Assembly (NCBI GenBank): GCA_010405405.1 | Contig: MU004231.1 | Coordinates: 2,713,923 to 2,777,922 of the forward strand | From: Microthyrium microscopicum | Taxonomy: Eukaryota | Direction: 5' to 3' | DNA: 64,000 nt | Part shown: piece by piece, positions 28,441 to 41,183 of the stretch | How positions within the stretch are numbered: position 1 is the first letter of the stretch | Layout: every line of letters begins with the position of its first letter | Made by a program: the position numbers and the translations under genes | Notes under the pieces: generated by a model | Seen by the model: only the letters and a program-made list of their open reading frames with translations | The model's database searches: none | What the model was told of the DNA's origin: nothing

Positions 28441-31400
28441 GGTCTAATAAACGTTTTATTACTTAAGAGTTATATATTTTATAAACTACTAAGTATTGTT
28501 ATTATTATTATAATATTATCTCCTAAGTAATTTAGTTTTATTAGTATTAGTTATAGACTTAAATATAATAGTTAGTATAATATAGAATGCAATAGAACAA
28601 ATTAACCTAGGAACTTTAAGAATATATATTTACGTAGAATAATATATATATAAGAGATAAAATTATTTATTCTTTTTAATAGCTTTTAATTTGTAATTCT
28701 TTAAATAAAATAATAGGCTATTAATTTTAAATCCTTTTTCTTTAGTGCTTATAATAATCTAAACTTATTTTACTTCTTTACCTTACTTCTAATATATATA
28801 TCTTTTCTATACTTTACCTTAAGCTTCTATAGAGAGTTTATCTAGTTACTAGACCTAAACGTTACCTAATAATTATTTACTACTTATAGTAATAATTAAA
28901 ATAGTAGTTATTTACCTTTGTTATATATCTTTATTATCTTAGTTTCTAATAACCTTCTTTATTTATAATAACTTGCTTAGTTAATTAATAGCTTTACTAC
29001 TACTTATTACAATACTATTATATCTTTCGTTTAATTCTACTATAAATTATATACTATAGTCTTTAAGATAACTAAAAACTATACTTAACTCTCTTAATAT
29101 CCTTATTTAAAGCACGCTCTTATCTAAAAAATATAAATTATAAATACCTAAAATCTTAGACTACTCCTTAACTCCTTAAAGCTATTATGCTAGCTAAATT
29201 AACCTCTAAGCTAGAAAAAAACAATAATAATACCTTAGACTTAGACGTAGAATTTTCCTTAGAAACTAATTAAACTAAACTTAAGTATAAAGTCTATCTA
29301 GACTTCTATACTACTTATTAGTAAAACCTTAGTTTTACTAAATAGACTACTAGCCAACTTATAAATACTATATTACTAGACTCTCCTTAGTAAGATATAG
29401 TCTTAAAAGTAGATAAGTAAGTTATTACTATATAAGTACGCAAAAATTAGATCCTTAAATAAGGCCTTAGTATTCTTCTAAAAGCAGTTAGGCTATTAAT
29501 ACTAGTACTAACAATAAAGAAGAAGATATAGGCGTAGTATTTTAATATATATTAAGATATTTATAAAGCGCTAAATCTATAGCTATCTATATAATATATA
29601 CTATATTATAGTCTAATTAAAGTATAATAGAAATCTTCTTTTCTTAGCTATAAATAATAAAGCTTATAATAAAAAAATAGTCATTATATAAAGATGTAAG
29701 GTATCTCTTTTTAAATAAATAGAGAGAAAGGATAAGATATAGATATAGATAATACGTTATTTAAGAGAAGTAGAGATAAGAGTTTAATATAAGCCTAATA
29801 AAATTTATAGTTCTATTAGAATATCTTTAATTTCTCTATCTTTAAGTAAGTAGGACTTTATAATTAAAGCTTTTAAATTTACTCTTTGCGTCCTAGTAGA
29901 TATAAAGCTAGGTTTCTTTTAGTATAATACATTCTAGATATTAGCGCCTAATTTTCTTAAGTCGTTATAGATAAGTATATTAATATTGGTTAATTAGCTC
30001 CTATCTTACCTCTCCTACACGTTAAACCTACTTTACTAGTACTACTTATCGTCTTTTAGCTAGCTCTTAATTAATAATTACGTTAACTTTAGCAACTAAT
30101 TAATTCTTATCTTATTATAGATAGCAATACTTCTTCTACTTAACGCTATAGATATAGTAGAACTAATTAACTATATTTATAACTAATTTTCTAATATATT
30201 AGTATAAGATAGAAACTTAAAAAGCATAGCTTACTATATATAGTAGTAGCTAGTATTTAGTTTAATTATTAATTTATAAGCATTATAATACTACTAATTT
30301 ATCTTTATAGCTAGTATAAGTATAGCTTATAAAGCCTTATCTTTAAGATAGTTACTATACCTTATTAGTCTAGAATTATAATATCCTAGCACGCGTTAAA
30401 GAGATAGTATCTATTATTTAGAATACTTCTAAAATAAGATATAGGAGTTGTTAATAAGGATAGGAGACTCTAGAGGTTTAAGTATCTTTCTATATTATAT
30501 TATTAAAAAGATATAATAACTAAGCGTCTTACTTAGTATGTTTAGCTTTCTTATACTAAATATATATCTAATAGAAGTATTTATTATACGTTATAACGTT
30601 AAAACCTAAAGCTATAGGTAGAGTAAGGAATTTTCTATAGCCTAATTTACTATAATAAAGCTAGTTCTTAGTAGTAAACTTAATAGCTACTAACTAGAAA
30701 GCGTTTAATTTTTTAAATAATAGAACTAGCGTAATAAGCTTAATTACAACTTTTTATTAATAGTAATATAAAGGGAAGTAGTTTTCATCTTTAGTAGCTA
30801 GTAAGAAGAGCTTTTTTAAAAGATTTAGAAGTTATTATTCTTTAATAGCTTAATAATAATATCGTAAAAGCTTTTAGTAGCTAAATAGAGAGGAATATTA
30901 GATAGTATTATTAATAGGTTTAGGGCTAAATATCTCTAAAGTTACGACTAAACTAAAACTTACTAGAATATTACTATTATTAAACTAAACTTAACTTTTA
31001 TACGCCCTATCTTTTACTAATATTTTTAATATATCTCCTATACTCTACTATACTCCTTCTTACTTATACCTATAGCTATTATATCTTATATTATATTTAA
31101 ATATTTATTACTATTATTTAAATTAAATAAGTAGCTATCTATAGTAGCTATAACACGTAATAAACTTATAACTAAAATTAAGCTAAACTATATACTAAAG
31201 TAGAAGGTTATTAAGATTTTTAGACTTATTAATACCTTATTTAATATACTCTAGCTTACATTTATTAGTACTATATTAGAGCACTAGAGCGCTAAAGCTA
31301 GACCTTCTTTCTAACTCTCTTAATTTTTTACTACTAGGATATAGGCTCCTCTCTATCTTTAAATAAGTTTAAGCAATAACTTATAAAACTTAAGGCAATA

Positions 31401-33399
31401 TTATATTAATAATAAAATAGTATTAACGTAATATTATTTTCTTAGAGAGTTAACATATAGCTACTATAAAGGTAGAATAGCCTTAAGATAGTACTATAAA
31501 AGAGCAATTATGGCGCTAATACTAAGATAAACGTTACTATATTACCTTAATAGTATTCTTATAAGTATTATACTATAAGTATATACTAATTATATAATAA
31601 TAATAATAATAACACGTAGTAGCGTACTACTAGAATATAGATTCCTCTCTCTTTATAAATAAGTTTAAGTAACAACTTATAATACTTAAAGTAGCATTAT
31701 ATTAATAATAAAATAGTATTAACGTAATATTTTTCTTAATAAGATTTTATAAAAAAGAAATAGTATATTAAATAAGAAGTAGAAGACTTATTAGTAATAA
31801 TAGTAATTTATATAGATAATAGAATTTTACTTTAAAGTTACTACTCTAATATCTTTATTTATTATTTAAGAGCTTAGTAATATTATAGTAAGTACTACTA
31901 CTATACGCTCTATAAACCTAATTTATAGAACGTTATATACTTATACTATAGTTTATTATATTATAGAATATACTAAAGTTAGCTCTAGTAGTTTAAATTA
32001 AGTCTTTATAAATATTCTTAGACTTTTAAGTATATATAAACCTATATTTACTTATAAAGTAGATTAATATATAGATAATTATTATCTTATGCCTGCTTTA
32101 TCTCGTACCTACTATATAATTATTCTTATTACGAATCTATATTATTAAAGCAATTTCTAAAGTTAAGGATAAAGTTAAAACTAGGCTAGCTATTCTATCT
32201 AAGTAATATCTTATACTTTAGTACTCTAAGTATAAAAGATACTTTGCTAATATTATTACCTACTAGGATAGTATATTAGAAAGATAATACAAAATGGCCC
32301 TTAATACTAAACTTCCTTAACTTTATAAATTATATAAAGGGCTCTATCCTATTAATAATACTATTATAAGCCTTCTATATATAATACTCGTTATTATAGC
32401 TAAATGTCCTTATAGTTTCTATTCTACTAGCCTCTAAGATACTAGCTATAAAGGTAACTATTACTTCTTAGTATTTATATAAAAATAGCTTACTATTTGC
32501 TATAAGAATTAAGACTTTAGTTATATACTAATAGAATATATATACTATAAAAAATTATAGACACTAAATAAAGTTCTTAAAGTAAGTAATTATATATCTA
32601 GTAATAGGGCTACTATTTTTAAACTATTAAGTAGGATATTAAGAAGGATTTTAAATACGTAACTACTCTTAATAATAATAAAGATTAACTTAACACCTAT
32701 TATACTCTACCTTAATATTTATTATTACTTACGCTATTACTTACGTACTTATTAGTCTTAGTCATTTCTAAATAGATTACCCTTATTTTAAGCTTGCCGC
32801 CTAAAAACTAGTCCTTTACTATTACTTTTATTATTATAGATAATTAATATACTACTAAAGAGTATCCTTAACTAAAGTAATTACGCGTTTACCCTATTTA
32901 TTTAGCTTATATTATCTTATAATAGACCTATATTGCTAAAATATAAAGTTAGAGTTTATAAAGTTAATAACAATATTATTACTCCTTAAGATACTTAAGT
33001 AAGGCTTTACAATTAGCTTTAACTAGCTTTACTACCTATATTCTAACCAACCTATCTAGAATAATAATTATAATAATATTAAACTACTAAACTCCTCTAT
33101 TAGTATAGAAGCTATATCTAGTATAAAAGTAATACTTTTAACTTAATATATATTACTATAAAAGAAAGCTATTACTACCTAGCTTTCCTAAAGAATACTA
33201 TATCTAGAGACTATTATTACTATATATAGCTACGTTACCTTTTTTTACTTATACTTCTAAAGTACCCTAGAAGTTTAGGAACGTTTAAAAAAGTACTTTA
33301 AGTATTTACTACTTAGTACCCTTTATTTTTTATAAAGTCTACTTTATATAAGAGAAAATTAAAGATATTATAATAGTACTTAATATACTACTTTATCTT

Positions 33400-33975
33400 T
33401 ATTACTATAGAAGTTACCTCTATAGCTACTATCTTAGTTCTTCTATATCTTTACCTTAACTACTATAGAATTTACCTCTATTATTATTACCTTTTTCTTT
33501 ATCGTCGTCTTAACTATTATAGAATTCGCCTTTATTATATATTCTATATATCTTAAAGCCTTTAATATTTTAGTTAGCTTTATAAGTAAAGTAGTAGAAT
33601 TATATTAAAGTTTAGAAGTAATAAGAAGAAAGAAGATAGAAATAAAAGATATAGCTAGGTTATTATTAGAGCTACTAAGTAGATATTAAAGGAAGCGTAA
33701 TTAATAATAATAATAATCGCTACCTTCTTCTTTATTAAATTTATTTTCGTATTAACTACTATAGAATTTACCTTTATAGCTGCTATCTTCTTCTTTATTA
33801 AATTTATCTCCACCTTAACTACTATAAAATTTGCTTTTATAGCTATTACCTCTTTTTTTATTAAATCTACCTCTACCTTAACTATTATAGAATTTATCTC
33901 TATAGCTACTACCTCCTTTTTTATTAAACTTATCTTTACCTTAACTACTATAAAATTCACCTCTATAGCTACTAT
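33400..33975 (-). repeat. ~60-bp (20-aa) tandem repeat in a RIP-degenerate minus-strand ORF
   Basis: Unit ttaactactatagaatttacctctatagctactaccttcttctttattaaatttatctccacc recurs. It gives rise to track ORF 33655-33960. Confidence 0.8.
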
Positions 33976-35380
33976 AATTATTATAGTAAGACATAAAAGG
34001 CTTATTAAGTTAAAGAATATAGAAGTTAAAGTAGTAAGAAGATAAACTCTAGGCGAAGATTATTCTTAATTATATTAGAATAGCAAGTATCTAAAGATTT
34101 AGTAATTATTAAAGTAGTTACTAAAACATAATAATCTTTCCTTCTTAATTAAGATAGTGCTCTTTCTAAATCTTTTCTTTAGCTTTAACTTAATTTAACC
34201 TTTTTTCTTTCTCTTTACTTTGCTTTCTACTTAATTTAAGTATAAAAAAAGCGCTTATTAAAGTTATTTTAACGGTTTTTATATAGTATAATACTAAAAT
34301 ACTACTATACCTAAAAAAATACGTTTCCTTATAGCTACTTAAGACTTTAAACCTTATATATAAAGTAAAAGAAACCCTATTTTCTTATATTATAGATACT
34401 CTTTATATAGGAAATAAAAAAGATTAATAGCTAAGTATAAGTAGCTTATTTCTTTTCTTTATTCTACTTTTTATACTTACTTAGTTCTTTTAAATTAATT
34501 ATATAAAATATATATCTACTTTATAGTCTCTTTCTTTATAATAAATATAATAAATAGGGTTCTAAGCGACTCTTACTTTCTTAAATTAGTAATAGACTAT
34601 ATATATTTATATATCTATCTACTATAAAAACGTAAAGAAGTTATAAAGCTCTATTTTATTTACTATTTAGTTAATATTATACTATTATATATAATAAGAC
34701 TACTTTCTATAGACTTATATTTATTAAAATATAGAAGTAGCTATATAGTTTTATATAAGTAAGTACTATTCTTTACTTATATATACTTAATAAGTAATTT
34801 TAGTTATATATAGTATATAGATAGTATATATATAAATATTTAGTATAGCTATATAACTTTTATACTATTAGAGTTATAGATATTAAGTAGTTTAGTAATA
34901 TATTTACTACTAGTAGATAAAAAGAAACGTTTTAAGTATACTTTTCTAGATTAGAAGTTAACTAAGTAAGTTTATTATTCCTAGACTATAGTCAACTTAG
35001 TAGAGTAGTTAAGGATATAGATTCTTAATACTAGGAAGTACTTACTAATAAAATAGTCTNNNNNNNNNNTATCTTAAAAGAATTCTTTATTAGGCTAGTA
35101 AATTATAGTAGAGTTATAAAGAGCTAAGAGATTACCTTTAGCTACTACTCTCTATAATAAATATCTTAATAGCTATTTAGTTCATATTAATTAAGATAGT
35201 ATCTAACGCTAGCTATAATAATTAGCTAACTCTTCTTTAACTTCTTAATATATTCTTTAACTACTTTTGTTAATCTAACGTAAACGTAGCTATAATTAGA
35301 CTACGAAAAGTCTTTTTATTTATTAAAGCTAATCTATAATAGCTTTATCTTAATAGCGGCTTATTAGCTCTTTAAGGATA

Positions 35381-36100
35381 CTATATTAGTACTTAACTTA
35401 TAACTTTCTATATATTAGTTAATATTAACGTTAGTAAGGTAGCTTTCTACCTTAGTAAGCTACTACCTAAGCTTATAATGTCCTATTAGGGTAATTATAG
35501 TACTACTAATATGTATAAATTAGCTTAGTTCTCGTTTTATATTTACGTAAAACTAACCTATCTAAAAGAGTAAAAGAATAAAGCTAGCTAGGTAGTTATA
35601 TAAGCGAAGAGTATATATAGCTTAGCCAACGTTAATAATAACTACTTCTCTAATAAGAAGTTATTACCTAATCCTAATCCTATACTCAGAGAACTAATAT
35701 AAAGTTTCTATATTTAGTATAAGCTACAACTACCTACTATTTATATTAGTACTTAACTTATAACTTCCTATATATTAGTTAATATTAACGTTAGTAGGGT
35801 AGCTTTCTATCTTAGCAAGTTACTACCTAAGCTTATAATATCTTATTAAGGTAATTATAATACTATTAATATATATAGATTAGCTTAGTTCTTATTTTGT
35901 ATTTACGTAAAACTAACCTATCTAAAAGAGCGAAAGAATAAAGCTAGCTAGGTAGTTATATAAGTAAAGGATATATATAGCTTAGCTAACATTAATAATA
36001 GCTACTCCTCTAATAAGAAGTTACTACCTAACCCTAATTCTATACTTAGAGAACTAACGTAAAGTTTCTATATTTAGTATAAGCTATAACTATTTACTAT
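35381..36100. repeat. Tandem duplication, 2 x 360 bp
   Basis: ctatattagtacttaacttataact at 35,381 and ttatattagtacttaacttataact at 35,741. The copies align throughout and differ by transitions. Confidence 0.92.
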
Positions 36101-36479
36101 CTATAGATTATTATCCTTATCTAGCAATCTATTAATAACTAGCTATTCTAGCTTTACTATATTTATAATAAGAACTTAAATATTTTAATAGAAGCTTATC
36201 TTCTTACTCTTAAGAATATACTTAATAGCTATAATTTCTTTATATACTTATAAAAGCTAGCTAGGCTAAGAACGTTAGGAAGCTATCTAATTGCTAAGTT
36301 ATTCTTTACTATCACTTATTTAAGCTTCTAAAGCACTAACTACTATACCTACTATAGGAATATTTAAAGGCTATAATCTTATTACTAAAGCTTTAGGTAA
36401 TAATACTAAAAATAAGTTTAGTACTTAAATAATCTTAATTATATTAGAGTTAAGGTAAACGTAATTATTATTGCTATAA

Positions 36480-39400
36480 ATAATTATTTTAAGTATCTAA
36501 TCTACCTATCTATAAATAAAGTTAAGGTAGTCTTTAGCTACTTCTTTAATAAGTTAGGAATATAGATATATTTATTAACGTAATTACTTAGTTTTATACT
36601 TTAACTTTATAAGAATATATACTAAATACTTAAAAGGAAAGTGAAGTTAATAAGAGATAGACTTAGTAGTAAAAAGTATAGAATATATAAACTCTTTAAC
36701 TACTTTAGTTAATAAATTAACCTCTATAGTTCTTAACTTAGAAAGTATAACTTATAAGTATATAAGATTTATTAGTAATTAGCTAATATATATTCTAGAA
36801 ATATTACTTACTAATAAATGCTTTAGAGTCTTAAAATTCTCTAATTACTTTATTACTAAAACTAGTACTTAGCTTATAAGAATCCCTTATAGTACTATAA
36901 TTAAATTACTTTTAGCACGTTAGTAAATTAATAACTCTAATATTATTAGATATTCCGCTTTTCTTTATAAAAGCTTCTCTATTACCTAATTTATTTATTA
37001 GTCTTAGACTAAGAAAATACCTACTACTACGAAGTAGGCTTTCCTATCTTAATAATTAGTATGCTTTTGTTAACTTAAGAATAGCTACTTTTCTTAATAA
37101 TATTTATTAGATTACTAAGTCCTTACTAATATAAGAATTATAAAGATACTAAATCCTTAACTCTAGCTTTATATAGTATTCTTTAACTATATCTATTATA
37201 GAGGAACCTCTTTCTTTATTTTAGAGGAAGAGCCTATATAGGACGCTACTAAAATATTTAAAGAAATATTTAAAAAAATCTAGTCTATTTACTATTACTT
37301 TTATTATTATAATTAACTAATACACTACTAAAGATACTATTACCTTACCTATTCTTAATATCATTACTACTTTATCTAGGTACTAAATATATCTAAATAT
37401 AATAAAGGTTGCTAGTAAGCAACATTCTTATACGTAGTAACGACTCCTAGACGACTATTATTACTTTAAGTATCTAATCTACCTATCTATAGACAAAGCT
37501 TAAGGTAGTCTTTAGCTACTTCTTTAACTAGTTAGGAATATAGACGCATTTATTAATATAATCGCTTAATTCAACTATAAAGACGATATACTACTCACTT
37601 AGTAGAGCATAAAATATAAGAATAACGCTATCTTAACTAGGAAGGAAAGGTTATTACTCCTTAGTAACTACTTTAATAACTACTAAGTCCTTAAATACGA
37701 CCCTAGCTTTACACAGCGTTCTTTAACTATATCTATTATAAGGGAACCCTTTTTATTATTTTAGAAGAAGAGCTCATATAGGACGCTACTAAAACAACTA
37801 AGAAAACATTTACCTACTTAATATCTCTATCATATCACTTAAGTATCCTTACCTAGTTTAATAGCTATATAATAGTACCTTTATTAGACTAGAAATAGTA
37901 AATAAATCTCTAACTCCGCTAGTTACGTAAAGAGATAAGTAGTACTATACGATTAAAATAATAACTAGGCTGCTTTTAGCTTAATTTATATACCATTTAC
38001 TATTACTCTTATTATTATAGTTAATTAATACACCACTAAAGGTGTTATTACCTTACCTATTCTTAATATCATTACTACTTTATCTAAGTACTAGATATAT
38101 TTAGATATAATAGAGGTTACTAGTAAGTAACGTTCCTATATATAGTAACGACCTTTAGATAACTATTATTACTCTAAGTATCTAATCTACCTACCTATAG
38201 ATAGAGCTTAAGGTAGTCCTTCTTTTACTATATCACTTAAGTATCTTTATCTAGTTTAACAGCTTATTAAAGGCATTTATAAAGGCTTATAGTATATTAA
38301 ATATTTCTTCTCATTATTAAGCAAAATCGTACTAAAAATATATTCTATCTAATAAATTCTTTAGACTTTAAATCTAATACGCGTATAAATTACTAGAGTT
38401 AAGAACGCTACTAGAAGCTTCTTAAGTCTAGCTTAACAAACTATATAATAGTACTAGATATAGAAATTTTTAAAGGAAACTCTCTTATTCCTATAAAAAA
38501 GACAATTTAAGAAAGAAAGAAGTTAATAACGCCCTTTAAGTAGCGTAGGGTAAGAAAGACTTCTTTAGTATACTATAACTAATCTTTAATATTAATCTCT
38601 ATTAGATTAGGAATAGCAAATAAATCTCTAACTTTGCTAATTACACAAAAGAGTAAGTAGTACTATATAATTAAAATAATAACTAGGCTACTTCTAGCTT
38701 AATTTATATATTACTTACTATTACTCTTATTATTATAGTTAACTAATATACTACTAAAGGTACTATTACCTTACCTATTCTTAATATCATTACTATTTTA
38801 TCTAGGTACTAGATATATCTAAATATAATAAAAGTTACTAATAAGCAACATTCCTATACGTAGTAATAACCCTTAGATAATATATAGTATTAAGAGTTAT
38901 AAGGCTTTATATAGAATTTTTAGAGTATATTATAAGCGTAATTAGATACGCTAAATAGATTTACTATTATAGACGCTAGTTATTACTCTAAGTATTTAAT
39001 CTACTTATTTATAGATAGAGCTTAAGGTAGTCCTTCTTTTATTATATTACTTAAGTATCCTTACCTAGTTTAACAGCCATATAATAGTACTAGATATAGA
39101 AATTTTTAAAGAAAACTCTCTTATTTTTACGAAAAAGATAATTTAAGAAAGAAAAAAGTTAATAATATTTTTTAAGTAGCGTAGGGCAAGAAAGACTTCT
39201 TTAGTATATTATAACTAGTTTTTAATATTAATCTTTATTAGACTAGGAATAGTAGATAAATCTCTAACTTTACTAGTTACATAAAGAAGTAAGTAGCACT
39301 ATATAATTAAAACAATAACTAGGCTACTTATAGCCTAGTAAGAGTAATATCTTACTCTTAGCATAATAAATATACAAAACCTTATCATAAAGAATTATAT

Positions 39401-40420
39401 AGTATACAAGACAAGCAATGCCTTAAAGCGTAGAGTAGGATTAAAAATAAAAGTCCTAGGTACAGGCGTTAGTAATACTATAATTAATAATAATACTAAG
39501 ATAATAGTTACTATTATAATCTATGTCTTAGAGACTAGTAGGATAAAAGCAGGTATAATAACACTTTATAATAATAAGGAACGTTATACGCAAACTTAGC
39601 TTAATTTATATACTACTTACTATTATTCTTATTATTATAATTAACTAATATACTACTAAAGATGCTATTACCTTACCTTACTTTACCTACTCTTAATATT
39701 ATTACTACTTTATTTAGGTACTAAATATATTTAGATATAATAAAGGTTGCTAGTAAACAACGTTCCTATACGTAGTAATAACTCCTAAACAACTATTATT
39801 ACTCTAAGTATTTAATTTACCTATTTATAGACGAAGCTTAAGGTAGTCCTTAGCTACTTCTTTAATTAGTTAGGAGTATAAACATATTTATTAACGTAAT
39901 TACTTAATTTAACTATAAAGGTAATATATAGCTTACTTAGTAGGGCATAAGATATAAAAATAGCGCTATCTTAACTAAAAAAAAAAGGTTATTACTTCTT
40001 AGTAACTACTTATAGTAGTAACTACTAAGTCCTTAAATACTTCTTTAGTTAGCTATAACGAATATAAAAGATATATCTTTCTACTAGGTCTAGGAGATAA
40101 AAGCCTAATTATATATCCTACTTATAACCCGCTAGAACTAGAATGATAATATTAAAGGCTAATTAGAACATTTAAAAAAAATAGACTATAAAGGCAATAT
40201 ATAGCTTACTTAGGGCGTAAGATATAAAAATAGCAATATCTTAACTAGTTAGAAAAGGCTATTATGCCTTAGTAGCTAGTTATATAGTAATCTTTAATCC
40301 CTTTTCCTAAAAATTATATTTTCTATCTAAAAATCATAACTACTTTATCTAAGTACTAAACATATCTAGACACTAATATCTAGATATATCTAGACATATT
40401 TAGACATATTTAGATATATA
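36480..40420. repeat. Mosaic of shuffled 100-250-bp repeat modules (subterminal region)
   Basis: Module taagtatctaatctacctatctatag..aagcttaaggtagtc at ~36,490, 37,467, 38,175, 38,988, 39,805. Module attactctttattattatagttaactaata...ccttacctattcttaatatcattactactttatctaggtac at ~37,295, 38,000, 38,720, 39,620. Confidence 0.85.
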
Positions 40421-40507
40421 GAAAGTTACTAGTAAGCGTTATTTATATCCTATTATACGTAGCTCTAGCTATAATAAATTTACTTAAGTATAGTATAAGC
40501 TATACTT

Positions 40508-41030
40508 AAATAACTACAATATACTTAATAAATTTAAAATATTTTAAATAGTTTTATAATATTTCTAATAAAGTATATAATATCTTATACGTATTTAATA
40601 TCTTTATAATAAGTTTAAAATAACTATAATATACCTAATAAGTTTAAAATATTTCGAATAGTTTTATAATATTTCTAATAAAGTATATATTATCTTATAC
40701 GTATCTAATATTTTTATAATAAGTTTTAAATAACTACAATATACCTAATAAGTTTAAAATATTTTAAATAGTTTTATAATATTTCTAATAAAGTATATAT
40801 TATTTTATNNNNNNNNNNTACCTAATAAGTTTAAAATATTTTAAATAGTTTTATAATATTTCTAATAAAGTATATATTATCTTATACGTATCTAATATTT
40901 TTATAATAAGTTTAAAATAACTACGATATACCTAATAAGTTTAAAATATTTTAAATACTTTTAAAATATTTCTAATAAAGTACGTAATTATCTTATACGT
41001 ATCTAATATCTTTATAATAAATTAAATATA
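40508..41030. repeat. >=5 x 110-bp tandem array next to the terminus (contains an N-gap)
   Basis: Anchor taacta(c/t) at 40511, 40621, 40731 and 40918, with ~20-bp internal sub-periodicity. Confidence 0.9.
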
Positions 41031-41159
41031 ACTTTTCTAGTATAATACGTAGTCCAATTTACGATGCATAATAATTTTTTTACGATGTATTTTGTGCCCT
41101 CTAATTTTAATTAGGCTATTATTTAGCTTCTTGCGGGTTGAATATACTACTACTAACGT

Positions 41160-41183
41160 TTATTTTAAAACGAGAGAGCAGTG
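41160..41183 (-). repeat. Candidate right terminal inverted repeat (5'-CACTGCTCTCTCGTTTT on minus strand)
   Basis: Plus strand reads aaaacgagagagCAGTG|tgtctagagg. CACTG/CACTA is the canonical CACTA (En/Spm) terminus. The site coincides with the break in the Copia pol frame. Partner TIR not seen. Confidence 0.65.

Larger units (their letters stand above)
1..41183. mobile_element. Putative giant Plavaka/CACTA-like DNA transposon (RIP-inactivated); right end at ~41,183, left end outside window
   Basis: Contains a Plavaka-type transposase relic, subterminal repeat arrays and a terminal CAGTG (41,179-41,183) abutting an interrupted Copia pol frame. I recognised no LTR or retroelement motifs inside. 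That it is a single element is inferred; it spans three N-gaps. Confidence 0.65.

Noticed and set aside
33655..33960. 101-aa track ORF rich in Ile/Lys/Val/Asn
   Set aside because: Stop-free remnant of a RIP-mutated 60-bp coding repeat. Its composition is a RIP artefact, not a live gene.
4290..41030. Regular repeats as CRISPR arrays
   Set aside because: Eukaryotic context, and the units are contiguous tandem repeats with no unique spacers.
1..41183. Starship or Helitron identity for the large element
   Set aside because: No DUF3435 recombinase or Rep/Pif1 motifs were recognised in the window, and the terminus and transposase point to CACTA/Plavaka. Not fully excluded because the left end is unseen.
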